Origin: an uncultured delta proteobacterium
GTDB taxonomy: Bacteria; Desulfobacterota; Desulfobacteria; Desulfobacterales; QNYZ01
Length of the DNA stretch: 64,000 nucleotides
Reading direction: 5' to 3'
NCBI GenBank assembly: GCA_963845145.1
Contig: CAWJQU010000005.1
Span: 384,001-448,000, forward strand
Below the pieces are notes generated by a model, which ran no database searches, had not been told where the DNA came from, and was given only the letters and a program-made list of their open reading frames with translations. Both the position numbers and the translations under genes were made by a program. Below are positions 59,828 to 64,000 of the stretch, piece after piece (positions within the stretch are counted from its first letter, which is position 1; each line of letters starts with the position of its first letter).

Positions 59828-61026
59828 AGCGATGGACGGGTCCCCAGTATTAAAGCGGCGTTGTTGCCACCGAATGCCAGCGTTTGAGAAATGGCAATAT
59901 CCCCGCCGATAGCTGTATTTTCAGACACCGGTTGGGCGGGCAACTGGGTGTCAGGGGTATCATAACCGATGCTGGCCGGTAACATCCCTTTTTCCAGGCA
60001 TCCCAGTGAAAAAGCGGCTTCGATGGCACCCGAAGCCCCCAGAGTGTGCCCGGTAACACCCTTTGTCGATAAAAACGGAACGCCGGGGAGCAGGCTGTTT
60101 AAAACCGTGCTTTCGATTAAATCGTTGTCCATGGTACCCGTGCCGTGGGCATTGATAAACGCCACGTTCGTCCGGTCGACGCCGGCAGTTGCCATCGCTT
60201 CATCCAATGCGGCTTTCAAACCCAGGCCGTCCGGTCTTGGCTTGGTGAAATGATACGCATCGGCCGCCGAACCGTAACCCAGAATATATCCCCTGGGCGC
60301 CTTTTTATGCTGTTTCATCAATGCGTTGGACATCAAAACGAAAATGGCGGCCCCCTCACCGAGGTTGAGTCCCCGCCGATTTGCATCAAAGGGTTTACAC
60401 GGCGTCGTATCGTAAATCATCAGTGCTTTGAATCCGGCACAGGTCACCTGGTAAAGTTCGTCAGCGCCGCCGCAGATGGCGATATCGCATTCTCCCGAAC
60501 GAATCCATCCTGCGGCCAGGCCCAATGCATCGCACCCCGCGGAGCAGGCGTTAACCACAGTCTGGCTCGGCCCCGTGGTACCGTATTCCGCCACAATGCC
60601 GATCGTCGGGTTGCTGGTTATAAATCGCTGAATGGGCGGTAAGTATGGATCGCAGCCTTCGGTATTGTCCCGATAAAAAGCCTCGTTATTCATGGAGCTG
60701 CCCACGTTGGTGCCGATGCAGACGCCTACACGAAGGCGGCTTAGCTGATCGGTTGCAAACTCGGCATCACCCAGGGCCTGATGCGTGGCCGTCAATGCCA
60801 GTTGGCAGGTTCGCATGAGATGCTGTCGTTTAAAGGCTCCGGATGGAAAAAAATCATCGGTAATCTCAAACACCGGAAACCCGTAGTGCGCGTCAGCCCC
60901 AAACCGCTGCGGTGGTGCCGGGGCGCGCTTTCCTTCATAGAGCGATTGAAGGGAGTGCTCCAGATTCAGGCCGGCAGCGGACAGACAACCTATACCCGCA
61001 ATGGCCACCGGTGCGACCACTTTCAT
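59824..61026 (-). CDS. Beta-ketoacyl synthase (ApeO-like)
   Basis: NACSAG, HGTGT.DND, GHTLGA, AFGGNN. Confidence 0.92.
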   Translation of the reverse strand: MKVVAPVAIAGIGCLSAAGLNLEHSLQSLYEGKRAPAPPQRFGADAHYGFPVFEITDDFFPSGAFKRQHLMRTCQLALTATHQALGDAEFATDQLSRLRVGVCIGTNVGSSMNNEAFYRDNTEGCDPYLPPIQRFITSNPTIGIVAEYGTTGPSQTVVNACSAGCDALGLAAGWIRSGECDIAICGGADELYQVTCAGFKALMIYDTTPCKPFDANRRGLNLGEGAAIFVLMSNALMKQHKKAPRGYILGYGSAADAYHFTKPRPDGLGLKAALDEAMATAGVDRTNVAFINAHGTGTMDNDLIESTVLNSLLPGVPFLSTKGVTGHTLGASGAIEAAFSLGCLEKGMLPASIGYDTPDTQLPAQPVSENTAIGGDIAISQTLAFGGNNAALILGTRPSL

Positions 61027-61280
61027 GGTTTCCGCCGCGCTTCGATAAATGACGCCAGCGTGTTAATCGATTCCAATGCGGGGCGCCCCTCTTTCATATC
61101 CTTGATTTTAACGTCGAATTGTTTTTCAAGCTGAAACACCACTTCCACGGCGTCAATGGAATCCAAACCGAACTGGTCTCCAAATAAAAGATCGTCATCA
61201 CCGATATCCGCCGGCGTCAGATCTTCCAGGTGCAGTTCATCAATGATCATTCGCTTCAATTGTTCTTTTAACACTTTCAT
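61023..61280 (-). CDS. Acyl carrier protein (ApeE/DarC-like)
   Basis: LFG...GLDSIDAVE. Confidence 0.9.
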   Translation of the reverse strand: MKVLKEQLKRMIIDELHLEDLTPADIGDDDLLFGDQFGLDSIDAVEVVFQLEKQFDVKIKDMKEGRPALESINTLASFIEARRKP

Positions 61281-61470
61281 CCGCTGCAACCGCCGCTTTC
61301 CATCGTTTTATCCAGACGAGCCAGTTTCAAAACGTCCCATTTTGTCCAATCTCTGCGTCAGGCTCAAATTTTAATCCTCGAAATACCCAATGTATTCCTG
61401 TGGTTAAAATTTTCGCCTTCCTTGACCTTGAACAAACTGAAACGTTTTGAAATTGGCTCAGGACGAATAG

Positions 61471-62472
61471 TCAGTGAGCCGCCTTCAACAATTGTTTGTA
61501 AATATCTTTTTCACGCCGGGCGCACACACGCAACATGTCGGCCATGGCTTGAAACGTATCGGTGGCCGAGGCTCGATTTTTACAGTTACGCGCGCCGATG
61601 ACGGCAAATTCCCGCCACTGATCACCGATAGCGGTCATTTCGCTGGACAGTTCCTTCAGACGGGGCCTCTCCAATAGGTCGGCCGCTTCCTGAAGGAAGG
61701 CCGCATACATGAAACGAAATCCGCCGCCGCCGGTACCGATCTCTTCCTGCATGCGAACAATTTGGCCCAGATACAGAATCGACCGACGCTTGCCGAGTTT
61801 GACCGGCCATTTTTCGATCTGGTTAGCCAGATACCGGATACCACTCACACCGATCAAAGGGCCCGGCGTATGTAACATTCGATGGCAGACCTGCTTGATG
61901 CCTTTTTTAATGGCCGGCTTAAAATCAACGGCTTCGGGAATCTGCGTCAGGTAATACATGGTTCCCTTGGGGGCCAAAGCGCCTTTGGAGAAACGTGCCT
62001 TGATCAGGTCATTTTTCGGACATCTAACCGTTTCAGGAAAGACCGGGTCACTAATGAGATAATCGTTACCCTCTTTTCCGATGACCACCAGATTGTGCAT
62101 ATTGAAATGAAACCGAAAGGCCGCTGGAAAGTAAGGCAGCCAGTATCCCCCGGTGCGACAGGCGACAGGAACGCCCTCTTTGATTTTATCGTCCAACGCT
62201 TGCATGGCGGCATCCGGATGGCGAAATTTTTGCCAGTGATACCCCACGCCCAGTTTACGTGTCGCCTTCTTGAATATACCGCCCAATTCGCTTCGATAGG
62301 TGGCCAGGGGCAAATTGTTGACTTTTATGAAAGGAATATATCCAAAAAAAAGGCCCGCCCCAATACCGAAAGCCATGGCTTCGCTGATGTCAATACCGTT
62401 ATGCTGCAATAGGTTGGCGGAAACACCGCTTTCACAATGCGCCGATTGTCGGTGAACAAAATCAATTTTCAT
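61471..62472 (-). CDS. BtrH N-terminal / C39-peptidase-like protein (DUF4872)
   Basis: HCE, SE.M.FG.G.GL, HFN.H, D, EIGTGGGGFR. Confidence 0.85.
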   Translation of the reverse strand: MKIDFVHRQSAHCESGVSANLLQHNGIDISEAMAFGIGAGLFFGYIPFIKVNNLPLATYRSELGGIFKKATRKLGVGYHWQKFRHPDAAMQALDDKIKEGVPVACRTGGYWLPYFPAAFRFHFNMHNLVVIGKEGNDYLISDPVFPETVRCPKNDLIKARFSKGALAPKGTMYYLTQIPEAVDFKPAIKKGIKQVCHRMLHTPGPLIGVSGIRYLANQIEKWPVKLGKRRSILYLGQIVRMQEEIGTGGGGFRFMYAAFLQEAADLLERPRLKELSSEMTAIGDQWREFAVIGARNCKNRASATDTFQAMADMLRVCARREKDIYKQLLKAAH

Positions 62473-62480
62473 TTAAGTTA

Positions 62481-62915
62481 TCAATCATTTTGGCTTTCCG
62501 GTTCATCCGGCATTGATTGTCGCGGAACCCTCCCCACCTGATCAACGGACAGTCCCAGAATATCTGCATACTGTTTGCGTATAGCCGGCTTGAGTTTATT
62601 AAATACGGCCGGTTTCAAGTGACGCCGAACCCGCCAGCGACTCATTCCCATATATTTGGCCAGAAGGCCGACGTTCATTTGATTGTTGACCATGTGAAAA
62701 GCCAACGGGCTCAACCGGCCTTGATCAATCTTTTTTAAGACATCATGCACTTGCCCATGAATAATTTCCCATGCTTGATCATTGGTTATATTTTTTGGTT
62801 CCCAACCGATACTGGGGGTCAGTTGATAGCGGCCTTTTTTATCCACTGCATAACAGACTTCATAAACCTCATCACCCATCATGCCGCGATCCTGGGGAAC
62901 GTCTTCAACTTTCAT
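62481..62915 (-). CDS. Conserved hypothetical protein of flexirubin-type clusters
   Basis: VPQD, YAVD..G.Y, S.GWEPKN, SPL.FHM, V.RHLKP. Confidence 0.7.
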   Translation of the reverse strand: MKVEDVPQDRGMMGDEVYEVCYAVDKKGRYQLTPSIGWEPKNITNDQAWEIIHGQVHDVLKKIDQGRLSPLAFHMVNNQMNVGLLAKYMGMSRWRVRRHLKPAVFNKLKPAIRKQYADILGLSVDQVGRVPRQSMPDEPESQND

Positions 62916-63075
62916 GGCTATTCGTCCCTTTTTAACGTTTCCTTAAACCATCGCCCAAAACCCTGAAAACGGCGCACAAGGCCGTTTATTAAAAAGTTCA
63001 ACACGTTTTTTGGGTAATTATTAAAAATACATGAATCATTTTTAAAAGGCAATAAACGTTATGAACCAAAACAGT

Positions 63076-63732
63076 CTATCGAATGCGGGTGGCTTTAACC
63101 AGGGTCATTTTCAGGCGGTATGCGCGCATTCCGTGGGAAGTCAACTCTAACACAGGCGGCAATGACGCGGCCGACCGCTCGAAAGGCAGGGATCGAACCC
63201 GTCGGCTGAGTCGGTGGTGCCGATCATAAAGACGCAGCTCCCACGATCCGGCGGTGTTGATGACCGTATCGATCATTCGGCCGCCCTCATCTTCGTGCCG
63301 ACAGACCATCGCACCGGTTTGCAACCGACCCACACCGGTCCGTTTGCCCTGAGGCCGGAAAAAAATCAGACGTATGTCGTCCACCAGGCCCCGGGCGAAT
63401 TCATGCGAATCAAACGGCGAAATACCCCGATGAACCACCAGCTCACGGTCATATTCGGCCTCGAACAAAACCAGTCCTTCCACCGTCATGATGGCAATGT
63501 GCACCTTCTTCGATTGAGGAAAGATATCGGTTATGCCCATCAGGACGCTTTTTTTTCCACCGCTAAACTGTGCCTCCACTTTATGGAGTAATTGCCAATT
63601 CCCGACTGGAAAGGGTGTCTCGCACGTGGCAGAAGATGCACCTGAAGCATCGACCAAGGGGTGGATAGCCGGCAAGCGGGCGCAGGCCGTCAGGACCCAA
63701 AGCGCAATCATTAAAAGCAGAAATCGTTTCAT
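63076..63732 (-). CDS. Lipoprotein, possibly DUF3261/LolB-like
   Basis: Lipobox LTAC, beta-rich, coupled (ATGA overlap) to the LolA-like gene. Confidence 0.65.
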   Translation of the reverse strand: MKRFLLLMIALWVLTACARLPAIHPLVDASGASSATCETPFPVGNWQLLHKVEAQFSGGKKSVLMGITDIFPQSKKVHIAIMTVEGLVLFEAEYDRELVVHRGISPFDSHEFARGLVDDIRLIFFRPQGKRTGVGRLQTGAMVCRHEDEGGRMIDTVINTAGSWELRLYDRHHRLSRRVRSLPFERSAASLPPVLELTSHGMRAYRLKMTLVKATRIR

Positions 63733-64000
63733 TGGATTTTGTAAAAAACAGACGGGGCGATCAATTCGTTGACGATGGGATCAATGAAAACGAGTTTTGT
63801 AAATGAATCACTGTTTTCGTAGATCATCACCGCTTCCATGACACCGGGTTTTGAAGATAGCAGCAATTCCACCCGCTCAATCATTCCGGCGACAGCCGCT
63901 TCTTTGGGGCTGAGTACAATCCGACGGCCCGATTCCCCGGAGCCCGGCTCAAGCGTGGCCGCAAAAAGCGGGTGATCATCAAATCGGCCGCCAAACCATT
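63729..64000 (-). CDS. LolA-like lipoprotein carrier (ApeL-like), 3' part
   Basis: Hand translation: ...IVLSPKEAAVAGMIERVEL...VMIYENSDSFTKLVF...N..I..SVF..*. Open to the window end. Confidence 0.65.
   Translation of the reverse strand, partial: WFGGRFDDHPLFAATLEPGSGESGRRIVLSPKEAAVAGMIERVELLLSSKPGVMEAVMIYENSDSFTKLVFIDPIVNELIAPSVFYKIQ

Overview
Bacterial chromosomal window, most likely from a Desulfobacterota (Desulfobacterales-like) anaerobe; this is inferred from the gene families and a lineage-typical MITE-like repeat. There are four blocks. (1) 1-12 kb: a putative glycosphingolipid locus with a serine palmitoyltransferase-like enzyme next to fabF, GT2/GT4 glycosyltransferases, a flippase-like membrane protein and a GINT1-N-like propeller protein. 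It shows traces of duplication, reciprocal gene decay and a patchwork of short gene fragments. (2) 12-26 kb: an accessory/signalling region with RAYT and IS3 remnants, a SLOG protein, an intact IS with a 6-bp target duplication, five PilZ genes (four colinear paralogues), an HDOD gene with a sigma28-type promoter, an MFS transporter and a flavin oxidoreductase. (3) 26-32 kb: a TolC/MFP/RND efflux system. (4) 32.6-64 kb: a flexirubin-type aryl-polyene/dialkylresorcinol (darA/darB) gene cluster with two B12-radical SAM enzymes and a DAK2-DegV fusion. It is split by about 10 kb of unrelated genes, including an AAA/DUF4143 ATPase behind a perfect 48-bp palindrome and an L,D-transpeptidase / Lpp-like lipoprotein / YafK-like triad. 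No rRNA, tRNA or CRISPR array was seen. All family assignments come from motif recognition by eye, not from database searches.
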